Source: Crocosphaera subtropica ATCC 51142
Lineage (GTDB): Bacteria; Cyanobacteriota; Cyanobacteriia; Cyanobacteriales; Microcystaceae
DNA length: 32,000 nucleotides
Assembly (NCBI RefSeq): GCF_000017845.1
Contig: NC_010546.1
Coordinates: forward strand, 3,720,001 to 3,752,000
Direction: 5' to 3'
Of this stretch, positions 10,517 to 20,662 are shown piece by piece; position 1 is the stretch's first letter, and each line of letters opens with the position of its first letter. Below the pieces are notes generated by a model. It saw nothing but the letters and a program-made list of their open reading frames with translations, ran no database searches and was not told where the DNA came from. The translations under genes and the position numbers were made by a program.

Positions 10517-10569
10517 ATAGTAATTGTCAAATTCATTGACTGGCAAAACCAGTCATTATTTTTCTTCAA

Positions 10570-11616
10570 ATGTCTTTCAATCGTCGTCAATTTATAACTG
10601 CATCTTTGGGAAGTTTAACCCTTTTAACTTCTATTTATTCTAAGGCATCAGCACAAAATAATTCTCTTATTAAACCCCAAAAACTTAAAGCGGGTTCAGG
10701 GGTTGGTTTAGTAAGTCCAGCAGGAGCAACGTTTACAACAGAAGATATTAATATTGTACAAGATGCGGTTAAAGCATTGGGATTAGTTCCTTATTTAGCA
10801 CCCCATCTTTTAGATCAATATGGTTATTTAGCAGGAAAAGATAAAGATAGGGCTAATGATATTAATCACTTTTTTGCTGACCCTAAAATTGATTTAATTT
10901 TACCCATTCGTGGGGGTTGGGGCTGCGCTCGTGTTTTGCCTTATTTAGATTATAATTTGATTCAAAATAACCCTAAAATAATTATCGGTTTTAGTGATCT
11001 AACTGCCTTATTAATAGCAATTTACACACAATCAAGGTTGGTTACGTTTCATGGTCCTAATGGCTTGACTTCTTGGCGCACCAAACAAGTCAATTCTTTT
11101 AAACAAGCTTTATTTACTGAAGAAAAAATTAGCTTTCAAAATGAAAAAGATGCGGATGATACTAATCGTTTAATGCAGGTGAAAAATCGTATTCAAACCA
11201 TTACCCCAGGAATCGCTAGAGGAAAGTTAATCGGAGGAAATTTATCAGTTTTATCGTCAATTATCGGTTCTCCCTATGTGCCAGATTTTAAGGATTACAT
11301 TTTATTTATTGAAGATGTAGGAGAAGAGGTTTATCGTATTGATCGCATGATTACTCATTTAAAAGTAGCTGGAATTTTAGATAAAATATCGGGGTTTATT
11401 TTTGGAGAATGTACCAACTGTTTGCCTAATGGGGGTTATGCTTCTTTAACCTTAGAACAAGTGTTAAATGATCATATTAAACCGTTAAAAATTCCAGCTT
11501 GGATGGGCGCAAAAATTGGACACATTGAACCTGTTTTGACCTTTCCTATGGGGATAGAAGTCGAAATCAATGCTAATAATGGAACCATTAATTATTTAGA
11601 ATCAGGGGTTATTTAA
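10570..11616 (+). CDS. LD-carboxypeptidase (peptidase S66, LdcA/MccF family) with Tat-like signal peptide
   Basis: 'GFSDLTAL' nucleophile motif, 'FIEDVGEEVYRIDRM', 'GHIEP'. The N-terminus 'MSFNRRQFITASLGSLTLL...ASAQ' looks like a twin-arginine signal. Confidence 0.88.
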   Translation: MSFNRRQFITASLGSLTLLTSIYSKASAQNNSLIKPQKLKAGSGVGLVSPAGATFTTEDINIVQDAVKALGLVPYLAPHLLDQYGYLAGKDKDRANDINHFFADPKIDLILPIRGGWGCARVLPYLDYNLIQNNPKIIIGFSDLTALLIAIYTQSRLVTFHGPNGLTSWRTKQVNSFKQALFTEEKISFQNEKDADDTNRLMQVKNRIQTITPGIARGKLIGGNLSVLSSIIGSPYVPDFKDYILFIEDVGEEVYRIDRMITHLKVAGILDKISGFIFGECTNCLPNGGYASLTLEQVLNDHIKPLKIPAWMGAKIGHIEPVLTFPMGIEVEINANNGTINYLESGVI

Positions 11617-12122
11617 AAATAGTAGTTTAGCCTATTATAAATGTTAATATTATCGGTATCCGATACTAAAAGACTCGGATAAATAGCGGTTTTTTGAGTT
11701 GGGTGATTTAATACTTTACATCCTTGTTTAGTGTGATAATAATTAAAGCCTAGGATTTGATTAACAATAGCAATCATATCAAAGTTCATGGTAGCATTCT
11801 TAGAATTAATGGGTTTTCCCTCTTGAGGATCAATAATTTCAATTAACCAATTTTCTTGTTGTAAAACATACTTTAGCTTATTTCCTAATTGTAAAAATTC
11901 TTCTTTTAATCTTTCTTTTTCTGTTTGAGTTTCTTGATTAATCTTTTCTATGGGCAGTTTAGCGTGTAATAAAATAATAATGATGCTTCTAGGAACTAAT
12001 TTCCATTTAGGTAATAAATCAGAAACATTATCAACTATAAATTGAGTAGGGGGGTGAATATAAATTTCTATCGGAAGCTTTACCATTATTTGGTAAGTAA
12101 TCAGGGGCTTGATTTTTAACAT
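11613..12122 (-). CDS. conserved hypothetical protein, possibly MMADHC-like (recollection only)
   Basis: 169-aa ORF with no overlapping better ORF. The family assignment is from memory and unverified. Its stop codon overlaps the ldcA-like stop in the palindrome TTAA. Confidence 0.6.
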   Translation of the reverse strand: MLKIKPLITYQIMVKLPIEIYIHPPTQFIVDNVSDLLPKWKLVPRSIIIILLHAKLPIEKINQETQTEKERLKEEFLQLGNKLKYVLQQENWLIEIIDPQEGKPINSKNATMNFDMIAIVNQILGFNYYHTKQGCKVLNHPTQKTAIYPSLLVSDTDNINIYNRLNYYF

Positions 12123-12194
12123 TAATCTAAATAGGAAAAAGAATAAAAAAGGGAAGCAACCTTAATTTTGCTCACCCTAAAAAGAATTAATAAC

Positions 12195-12647
12195 TTAAGT
12201 TGTGCTTGCTTCGATTTCTTCAGCATTAGACATTTTTGATTGTATCCAAAAAGTCACAATATGAGAGAGTAAACCAATCGGACCCGCTAAGAAACATAAG
12301 ATAAGAGAATGAACTGTAAAAATTCCTTTTTCTCTTCCTTGTAAATAAACATATCTCCCTGTAAATAAATCGAGAATAATAAAATGTATCCACCCAGTTA
12401 ACATAACAGGTTCCTTACTAAAAAGTTGAGCTAACACGGGTAAAGTTGGGTTAGAAAAAGCTTCAATCGAGTCAGGATCAAGACTACCAAAAAAAAGATA
12501 GATATATAAGATAGCTAAGGGAACAAAAGGAAGATAAGAAGACATGATTTTCTCAGTGACTCCCCATTTTGGTAAAATTACCATTAATAACCAAAAGGGT
12601 AACGCATAAATATTGGCAATGTTGAATAATAAACTTAAATCCACCAT
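12195..12647 (-). CDS. ABA4-like (DUF4281) membrane protein
   Basis: 150 aa, about 4 TM. 'NIYALPFWLLMVILPKW' and 'GWIHFIILDLFTGRYVY' resemble the ABA4/DUF4281 family. Confidence 0.75.
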   Translation of the reverse strand: MVDLSLLFNIANIYALPFWLLMVILPKWGVTEKIMSSYLPFVPLAILYIYLFFGSLDPDSIEAFSNPTLPVLAQLFSKEPVMLTGWIHFIILDLFTGRYVYLQGREKGIFTVHSLILCFLAGPIGLLSHIVTFWIQSKMSNAEEIEASTT

Positions 12648-12791
12648 TTTAAATTTTCCTTAAGAAAGTTGAATTTTCATTTTTCAGTGTAACTTATTCT
12701 AGTTAATAGAGTTATCATAAGAGAAAATAGAAAGATTAGTCACGTTTATCAATTATCTGAGGATAAACTTAAATTTTAGCATTTCAACCTT

Positions 12792-13253
12792 ATGTCATTT
12801 AGCTATGTTCCTATGGTAAGTCCAGCCTTACTTTGGTTAATTGCCGGTGCTATTCTCTGCTTTTTTGAAGCCATTTTTCCCGTTGCTTTTGTGGCTTTTA
12901 TGATGGGAATTAGTGCTATTCTAGTAGCAGCGATCGCCTTAGTGATTTCTTCGTTTCCCGTACAAGTCATATTGTGGTTAGCTTTGTCGACGATTTCAAT
13001 AGTTGTGTCAAGGCGTTTTGTTCCTAAGAAAAACCCATTAAATTCTCTAGTTGGTGATGCACAAGAAGGGGAAACCTTAACGGAAATTACACCGGGTAAA
13101 ATAGGAAGGGTCTTATACGAAGGTAATTCTTGGCAAGCCATTTGTGCCGACGATACAATATCAATTTCTCCCCATCAAAAGGTTTATATTGTAACCCGAA
13201 AAGGCAATACTTTAGTGGTTTTACCGGAATTTCTACCCAGTTCAATAGAGTAA
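12792..13253 (+). CDS. NfeD-family membrane protein (short form with C-terminal OB-like domain)
   Basis: 153 aa. N-terminal TM helices and C-terminal 'GKIGRVLYEGNSWQAIC...VYIVTRKGNTLVV'. Lies immediately upstream of an SPFH gene, the canonical pairing. Confidence 0.85.
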   Translation: MSFSYVPMVSPALLWLIAGAILCFFEAIFPVAFVAFMMGISAILVAAIALVISSFPVQVILWLALSTISIVVSRRFVPKKNPLNSLVGDAQEGETLTEITPGKIGRVLYEGNSWQAICADDTISISPHQKVYIVTRKGNTLVVLPEFLPSSIE

Positions 13254-13304
13254 TTACTACGGATTTGTTAAACTTAAAATAATTGTTATAAAGGAGTTAT
13301 TAAA

Positions 13305-14276
13305 ATGGGTCAGTTTTTCTTTTTTGTTATCCTGATCTTAGGCGGTTCAACGGTTTTTGGAACTGTAAAAATTGTTAATGAAAAAAATGAATATCTAGTG
13401 GAAAGATTAGGGAGTTACAACAAGAAACTAACTCCTGGATTAAACTTTATTGTCCCTTTCATTGATCGGGTGGTTTATAAAGAGACAATTCGTGAAAAAG
13501 TCATTGATATTCCTCCCCAATCTTGTATTACCAAAGACAATGTTTCTATTACCGTTGATGCGGTAGTTTACTGGCGAATTATGGATATGGAGAAAGCCTA
13601 CTATAAAGTAGAAAGCTTACAAACAGCTATGGTTAATCTTGTGTTAACGCAAATTCGCTCAGAAATTGGCAAACTCGAACTCGATCAAACGTTCACTGCC
13701 AGAACAGAAATTAACGAGATATTATTGCGGGAATTAGACATAGCCACTGATCCCTGGGGAGTGAAAGTGACAAGGGTAGAATTAAGGGATATTATGCCCT
13801 CAAAAGCAGTGCAGGATTCTATGGAATTACAGATGGCAGCAGAACGAAAAAAACGGGCTGCTATTCTAACCTCCGAAGGGGAAAGAGATTCAGCTATCAA
13901 CTCCGCCCAAGGTAAAGCAGAATCGAGAATTTTAGAAGCAGAGGCACAGAAAAAAGCAGAAATCTTACAAGCAGAAGCGGAACGTCAACAACAAATCCTA
14001 AAAGCAGAAGCGATCGCCAAAGCCATTGATATTTTAACGGAAAAATTAAAAACCGATCCCAACGCCCGCGAAGCCTTACAATTTTTACTAGCACAAAACT
14101 ATCTCGATATGGGGATTAAAATTGGTAGTAGTGACAGCAGTAAAGTCATGTTTATGGACCCTCGAAACATTGTTTCTACTTTAGAAGGAGTGCGATCAGT
14201 GGTTGGTTTTCAATCGGACGAATATCAACAATTAACCCAAGACTTAGAGAAAATCGATCGTCATTCATCTGAGTAA
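13305..14276 (+). CDS. SPFH/band 7 (stomatin/prohibitin-like) protein
   Basis: 323 aa. AAGGAG RBS, N-terminal anchor, '[17 protein letters not shown]', 'VTRVELRDI' and an Ala/Glu/Gln-rich coiled coil. Confidence 0.93.
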   Translation: MGQFFFFVILILGGSTVFGTVKIVNEKNEYLVERLGSYNKKLTPGLNFIVPFIDRVVYKETIREKVIDIPPQSCITKDNVSITVDAVVYWRIMDMEKAYYKVESLQTAMVNLVLTQIRSEIGKLELDQTFTARTEINEILLRELDIATDPWGVKVTRVELRDIMPSKAVQDSMELQMAAERKKRAAILTSEGERDSAINSAQGKAESRILEAEAQKKAEILQAEAERQQQILKAEAIAKAIDILTEKLKTDPNAREALQFLLAQNYLDMGIKIGSSDSSKVMFMDPRNIVSTLEGVRSVVGFQSDEYQQLTQDLEKIDRHSSE

Positions 14277-14299
14277 AGCAGTTTTGAATATTTAGTTAA

Positions 14300-14439
14300 A
14301 ACTCACATCTTGCAGCTTTAATAAAACTAGCTAGTTTAGTAAGGAAACGGAGAACAGGGTTTATTTTGACTGTAACTGTTTAAGAATTGATTTTTTTCTT
14401 TTGTTCTTGAGTTTTCCTGTACTGGTGCAAGATATCAGT
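14300..14439 (+). mobile_element. MITE-like non-autonomous element, copy 1
   Basis: Its ends match a second copy at 19124-19260: 33/38 identical at the left end and 16/18 at the right by manual alignment. Imperfect terminal inverted repeat actcacatcttgcagc / ggtgcaagatatcagt (13/16). No ORF. Confidence 0.55.
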
Positions 14440-14474
14440 AAAAAATCATCTTTCATAGCATCATTTACAGTATG

Positions 14475-14496
14475 GGGGCATAGTCAATTATGCCCC
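14475..14496. terminator. perfect 8-bp GC-rich hairpin between convergent SPFH and phosphoketolase genes
   Basis: ggggcata-gtcaat-tatgcccc. Only a weak T-rich tail on the + strand (tagtgatttgtttc). Confidence 0.4.
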
Positions 14497-14623
14497 TAGT
14501 GATTTGTTTCAGTAATTAACCTAACGTCAATTCGGGATAAGCTCAAAGGTTACTAAAATCGTTGCCTACAACACCCATTATTTCGTTGCAGATGCTTTAA
14601 CTCCGAACTCAGGTTAATTTAAG

Positions 14624-17032
14624 TTACAAGGGCCATTTCCAGTTAGAGATTTCTGGTTTGTCGATACCATTTTCATAAGCATAGGCTTTGTGTTCAATAA
14701 TGGCATTTTTCATCCGTTGCTGAACATAAGCTGCTGCTGATCCTAACTTATCAACCCGTTCAATCACATCTAAAACTAAGTTAAAGCGATCAATTTGGTT
14801 ATTGATGGCTAACTCTAAAGGCGTATTAATATTCCCCTTTTCTTTGTAGCCACGAACATGAAGATTATGGTGATTCGTGCGACGATAGGTTAACTTATGA
14901 ATTAACCAGGGATAGCCATGAAAATTGAACATGATGGGCTTATTGGTAGTAAACAAGGTATCAAAATCCCGATCCGATAAACCGTGAGGATGTTCTGATT
15001 CGGGTTGCAATTTAAACAAGTCCACCACATTAATAAAACGGACTTTTATGTGGGGAAATTCCTGCCGTAAAATTGCCGTTGCTGCTAAGGATTCCCGTGT
15101 AGCAACATCCCCACAAGAAGCCATAATTACATCAGGTTCATCTGGTTCTTTTCCACAGTCATCGTTACTAGCCCATTCCCAAATACCAATGCCTTTGGTA
15201 CAGTGTTGGACAGCTTCTTCCATGCTCAAATATTGCAGATGTTTCTGTTTATCAGCAACGATGACATTAACGTAGTTTTTGCTTTTTAAACAGTGGTCAG
15301 CAACAGATAATAAACAGTTAGCATCCGGGGGAAAATATACCCGAACCACATCAGGACTTTTATTAGTTACTAAGTCCACATAGCCTGGATCTTGGTGAGA
15401 AAATCCGTTATGATCTTGTCGCCAAACTGTTGAAGACAGAAGAATATTTAAAGAAGGAATAGGAACACGCCAAGGGACTTCATGTTTGCAAATATCGAGC
15501 CATTTTGCGTGTTGATTAAACATCGAATCAACCACATGGGCAAAGGCTTCGTAAGTATGGAAAAAGCCGTGACGACCGGTTAATAAGTAGCCTTCTAACC
15601 ACCCTTGTAGGGTGTGTTCGCTGAGCATTTCCATGACTCGGCCATCAGTGGTGATTTCTGTGCCGTCTGCGTCTGCGTCAATGATCTCACCCATCCAGAC
15701 TTTTTTACTCGCTTCGTAAATAGGTGTTAAGCGGTTAGAAGCGGTTTCATCGGGGCCAAAGACACGGAATGTGGTCATGTTATTGGCCATGACATCCCGT
15801 AAAAAGACTCCTAACCGTTTGGTGTTTTCTGCTTCCACTGCGCCAGGCTGGTCTACCTCTACGGCATAGTTGCGAAAATCGGGCATTTTTAAGTCTTTTC
15901 GCAATAACCCACCGTTGGCGTGGGGATTAGCACTCATACGACGGTTTCCAGTGGGGGCTAAGTCTTTTAACTCAGGGATGAGTTTTCCGGTGTCGTCAAA
16001 GAGTTCTTGGGGTTTATAACTTCTCAACCACTCTTCTAGGAGTTTTAGGTGTTCGGGGTTGTTGTGCATTCCCGATAAGGGGACTTGGTGCGATCGCCAG
16101 AAGTCTTCGGTCTTTTTGCCATCCACTTCCTTGGGTCCGGTCCATCCTTTAGGAGAGCGTAACACAATCATCGGCCATAAGGGGCGTTTGGCCACCCCAC
16201 TGTCACGGGCTTCTTTTTGAATGGCTTTGATCTCGGAAATCACAGTTTCGAGGGTAGCAGCCATTTTTTGATGCATGACTTCTGGATCAGACCCTTCAAC
16301 AAAATAGGGTTTATAACCGTACCCTTTAAAGAGACATTCTAATTCTTCGTGAGAGACACGGGCTAATATGGTAGGATTAGCGATTTTGTAACCATTCAGG
16401 TGCAAAATGGGTAAAACGGCACCATCTCGGATCGGGTTGAGGAATTTGTTAGAATGCCAAGCAGTAGCCAGAGGACCCGTTTCTGCTTCTCCATCTCCCA
16501 CTACGGCAACGCTAATGAGATTCGGGTTATCGAAAACGGAACCGTAAGCGTGGGATAAACTATAGCCTAATTCTCCTCCTTCGTGAATTGATCCAGGGGT
16601 TTCTGGGGTGCAATGACTACCGATACCACCGGGGAAAGAAAATTGTTTGAAAAAGGCTTTCATGCCTTCTTCATCTTGGCTTTTATCAGGGTAAATTTCT
16701 GAATAGGTTCCTTCTAAATAAACAGGTCCTAATACTCCAGGCGCACCATGACCAGGACCGGCAATATAGATCGTGTTTAAATCGTATTTTTTGATGAGGC
16801 GATTGAGATGAATATAGATAAAACTTAAGCCAGGACTTGATCCCCAATGACCTAATAAACGGTTTTTAATGTGGTTTTCGCTTAAGGGTTCTTTAAGTAA
16901 GGGATTATCTCTTAAATAAATCATGCCTACGGCTAAATAATTACAAGCAGACCAATAAGCATGGATTTTTCTCAATTCTTCGGGAGATAAGGGAGTTTGT
17001 TCGACTTGTGGTTTATTAGGTGTAGCAACCAT
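14624..17032 (-). CDS. xfp: xylulose-5-phosphate/fructose-6-phosphate phosphoketolase
   Basis: 802 aa. XFP signatures '[15 protein letters not shown]', 'GDGEAETGP' and N-terminal '[15 protein letters not shown]'. Confidence 0.96.
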   Translation of the reverse strand: MVATPNKPQVEQTPLSPEELRKIHAYWSACNYLAVGMIYLRDNPLLKEPLSENHIKNRLLGHWGSSPGLSFIYIHLNRLIKKYDLNTIYIAGPGHGAPGVLGPVYLEGTYSEIYPDKSQDEEGMKAFFKQFSFPGGIGSHCTPETPGSIHEGGELGYSLSHAYGSVFDNPNLISVAVVGDGEAETGPLATAWHSNKFLNPIRDGAVLPILHLNGYKIANPTILARVSHEELECLFKGYGYKPYFVEGSDPEVMHQKMAATLETVISEIKAIQKEARDSGVAKRPLWPMIVLRSPKGWTGPKEVDGKKTEDFWRSHQVPLSGMHNNPEHLKLLEEWLRSYKPQELFDDTGKLIPELKDLAPTGNRRMSANPHANGGLLRKDLKMPDFRNYAVEVDQPGAVEAENTKRLGVFLRDVMANNMTTFRVFGPDETASNRLTPIYEASKKVWMGEIIDADADGTEITTDGRVMEMLSEHTLQGWLEGYLLTGRHGFFHTYEAFAHVVDSMFNQHAKWLDICKHEVPWRVPIPSLNILLSSTVWRQDHNGFSHQDPGYVDLVTNKSPDVVRVYFPPDANCLLSVADHCLKSKNYVNVIVADKQKHLQYLSMEEAVQHCTKGIGIWEWASNDDCGKEPDEPDVIMASCGDVATRESLAATAILRQEFPHIKVRFINVVDLFKLQPESEHPHGLSDRDFDTLFTTNKPIMFNFHGYPWLIHKLTYRRTNHHNLHVRGYKEKGNINTPLELAINNQIDRFNLVLDVIERVDKLGSAAAYVQQRMKNAIIEHKAYAYENGIDKPEISNWKWPL

Positions 17033-17289
17033 TAATTATATCTCCAATTTCGTCTTATTTTCAAATAATAACAGGCTGGCGTATGACATTTTTTCCTGTT
17101 TGATAAAGTCAGATTGTGAACTTTGTAAATTAGTATAATACTTAAAATTAGTGACTGCAAATTAATGTTTATATTTTCCTAATGTTTTTACAATTCTTAT
17201 TCAACTAATCATTATTTCTTTACTTCAACTTAAACTTTGCACTCTAAGAATTTTTAAGATAGTATAATACATTGATCAACTATAGATTA

Positions 17290-17807
17290 TTAACTATTTA
17301 CGATTAATTCTCTGAATTCTTTCATGGCCAAACGAAGGTTATCATGATTAATCAATTGACAGAGTAAATTAAGGTCAAGATTCGGTAAAAGTTGGCTTTT
17401 TTCTTGGATAAAATATTCTTCATTTTCTAAACAATAAATTTGCAGTTGCTCATCTTGCCATAACCAAACTTCTTTAACCCCTAAACGACGATAAACTTCT
17501 AAGATTTTAATATTTCCACTGGTAACAATAACTTCAATAGCCAGATCAGGTAATTCTCTATCTGTTACCAAACAATAACATTCATCAGGTTCTTTCCCTG
17601 CTTTTCCTTCTTCTACCCGTGATGTTGTCGAACCCAGTCCCCAAAAATCAATTTCTGCTGCTTCTAAGTAAACTTCTAATAATCGACCAATGCTTCTAAT
17701 ACTTGTTCGTATTTTTCCCCAGAAATACCCGTTAAAATTAAACCTTGTTCACTGTCATTATGGATAGGTTGTAACTTAACCAGTTGGAGTAAAGAAATTA
17801 AAGACAT
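17290..17807 (-). pseudogene. Uma2 (DUF820) family endonuclease, disrupted
   Basis: From ATG 17807 the frame reads 'MSLISLL...GEKYEQVLEALVDY*'. The Uma2-like remainder 'IGRLLEVYLEAAEIDFWGLGSTTSRV...EPDECYCLVTDRELPDLAIEVIVTSG...' continues in another frame. The usual LEIMSP/HE core between them appears to be missing. Confidence 0.7.
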
Positions 17808-18075
17808 AATTAAGTAAATGGAAGAAAATATAACGACTCGTCTAGTTTAAGTTGATTTTAAAATTAATTTTATCTTAACTATTGTAAGAGATTTTTGTCC
17901 TATAATTTATTCCTTAACTTTAACTTAAAATCAAGACTATCAACAATCTAAAAACTTTGTTCATATTGAGCGAATTTCCCCAAACAATCCTAGTATATGA
18001 GTAATTAATCTTCCTTCAATGGGATAAACAAACAGCATTATTTTTTCCTTCAAGTTCAAAATTGTTCATTTTTAA

Positions 18076-19123
<1,048 letters not shown>

Positions 19124-19125
<2 letters not shown>

Positions 19126-19260
19126 CTCATATCTTGCAGCTTCGATAACATTAGCTAGTTTCTAAGCGTTCAGCCATCAGCTATAATTCTTACAACCCTG
19201 ACTGCTGAACGCTGAATGCTTATATGATTAAGTTTATGTATTCTAGTGCAAGATGTCAGT
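19124..19260 (+). mobile_element. MITE-like non-autonomous element, copy 2
   Basis: Same conserved ends as copy 1. The conserved left block begins inside the gap TAA stop (19123-19125). The interior differs and contains its own inverted repeat agcgttcagc / gctgaacgct. Confidence 0.55.
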
Positions 19261-19303
19261 TTAAGTGATTGCTTAGAAATCGCAAAATTTAATTTAATTA
19301 TCT

Positions 19304-19334
19304 AGGGGTTAATCTAAGTTAATCCCTACTTTTT
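19304..19334 (+). terminator. rho-independent terminator downstream of gap and the MITE
   Basis: aggggttaa / ttaatccct stem (8 of 9 bp), loop tctaag, followed by acttttt. Confidence 0.5.
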
Positions 19335-19371
19335 GTAAAGCAGCGATCGCTTATTGGTTATTGTTCACTAC

Positions 19372-20655
19372 TCACTGATGATAATATAACCAATCTTGAA
19401 TTTCTTTCGCTAACCAAGCACATTCTTCTTCTTTGAGATTTTCTCCTATAATATAACTTCTATTTTTAGTTCTAATCTTCACTTGATGATTATTAGAACT
19501 GCCATATAAGAAAACCCCAATAATATCGTCATTTGAAGCATTAATAGACTGATAAGTTAATCCAAAAATAGTACGCTGAATTTTAAAAGCTTTTTCTAAA
19601 AAGACAACCCTCATGTCTTTACAATATTGATAAACAAATAATAAAACTAAAAGAGAGAAAGGAAAAAAAGTTAAAGTAACCGCAGCTATAATACAAATTG
19701 TGATAAATAAGCTAGTATTTCCCATTTTATAAGTCACTTTGGGAGGTAAATATAAAGATAGTTTATTGTCTGTTTTGGTAACCAGGAAACGACTATAATT
19801 AGGTTGCAGTAATTTTTTACGAAAAGTTTCTGATTGAATAATTGTCCGTTTTTTTTGTAAACTTTCTAATGCTTCTTTTGCGGTTGAAAATCTTTTTTCT
19901 AGAGAAATGTTAGTCGCTTTTTCTAACCAATAAGTAAAATAATTAGCAATATTAACTTTATCAGAAAATTGAATTTGGGAGTCTTTGTGAGGTAAATCAA
20001 CTGGAGATATTCCTGTTAATAAATGAATTAAAGTTGCCCCCAATGCGTAAATATCTGAAGCCGGTACAGCCCTTCCCCAAAATTGTTCTAAGGGTGCATA
20101 ACCACTACTACCCACTACTGTAAAGGTTACACCAGTGACCGCTCCTTGTGCTTGAACTGCACCAAAATCAATTAAATAAATATGATTATCTTCGCCTAAA
20201 ATTAAGTTACTGGGTTTAATATCTCGATGAATAACTAAAGGGTTTAATTCATGTAAATAGATTAAAATTTCTAAAATTTCTACAGCAATATTATAGGTTT
20301 CTTTTTCAGTAAAAATTTTGCCTCTATCTACTAATTCTTGTAAGGATGAACCAGGGATATAATCTTGCACTAAACCAAACCAAGCGATACCACCCCCTAA
20401 GTCTTTATCTAAGTCAAAATAGTCTCTATATTTAGGAATTCTCTCATGTTTAAGAGACTGTAATACTTCTGCCTCTCTTTCAAATAATTTTAACTCTTCC
20501 CATTGCATTTGAGGGCTAAAAGCTAAGAGTTTTATGGTGACATTTTCTTGTGTAAGCTGTTCAATGGCTAACCAAGTTTGATGGCCGGTTGCTGTATTTC
20601 CTAATCTTTGTTTAAGTTGGTATTTATCGACAATAATATCATCAGTGTTAAACAT
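19372..20655 (-). CDS. membrane-anchored Hanks-type Ser/Thr protein kinase (downstream paralog, 427 aa)
   Basis: 'VTIKLL', 'FEREAEVL', 'HRDIKPSNLIL', 'DFGAV', 'SGYAPLEQ', 'DIYALGATLIHLLTG'. A hydrophobic segment and a C-terminal domain of about 85 aa follow. Confidence 0.9.
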   Translation of the reverse strand: MFNTDDIIVDKYQLKQRLGNTATGHQTWLAIEQLTQENVTIKLLAFSPQMQWEELKLFEREAEVLQSLKHERIPKYRDYFDLDKDLGGGIAWFGLVQDYIPGSSLQELVDRGKIFTEKETYNIAVEILEILIYLHELNPLVIHRDIKPSNLILGEDNHIYLIDFGAVQAQGAVTGVTFTVVGSSGYAPLEQFWGRAVPASDIYALGATLIHLLTGISPVDLPHKDSQIQFSDKVNIANYFTYWLEKATNISLEKRFSTAKEALESLQKKRTIIQSETFRKKLLQPNYSRFLVTKTDNKLSLYLPPKVTYKMGNTSLFITICIIAAVTLTFFPFSLLVLLFVYQYCKDMRVVFLEKAFKIQRTIFGLTYQSINASNDDIIGVFLYGSSNNHQVKIRTKNRSYIIGENLKEEECAWLAKEIQDWLYYHQ

Positions 20656-20662
20656 AATTATA

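Noticed and set aside
12803-14094. Antisense ORFs 12803-13141, 13685-13900 and 13897-14094 within NfeD and SPFH
   Set aside because: Shadow ORFs opposite strongly supported genes. The 13897-14094 translation is a low-complexity mirror of the coiled-coil region.
15048-15275. + strand ORF inside the phosphoketolase gene
   Set aside because: A shadow ORF within an 802-aa CDS that has clear XFP signatures.
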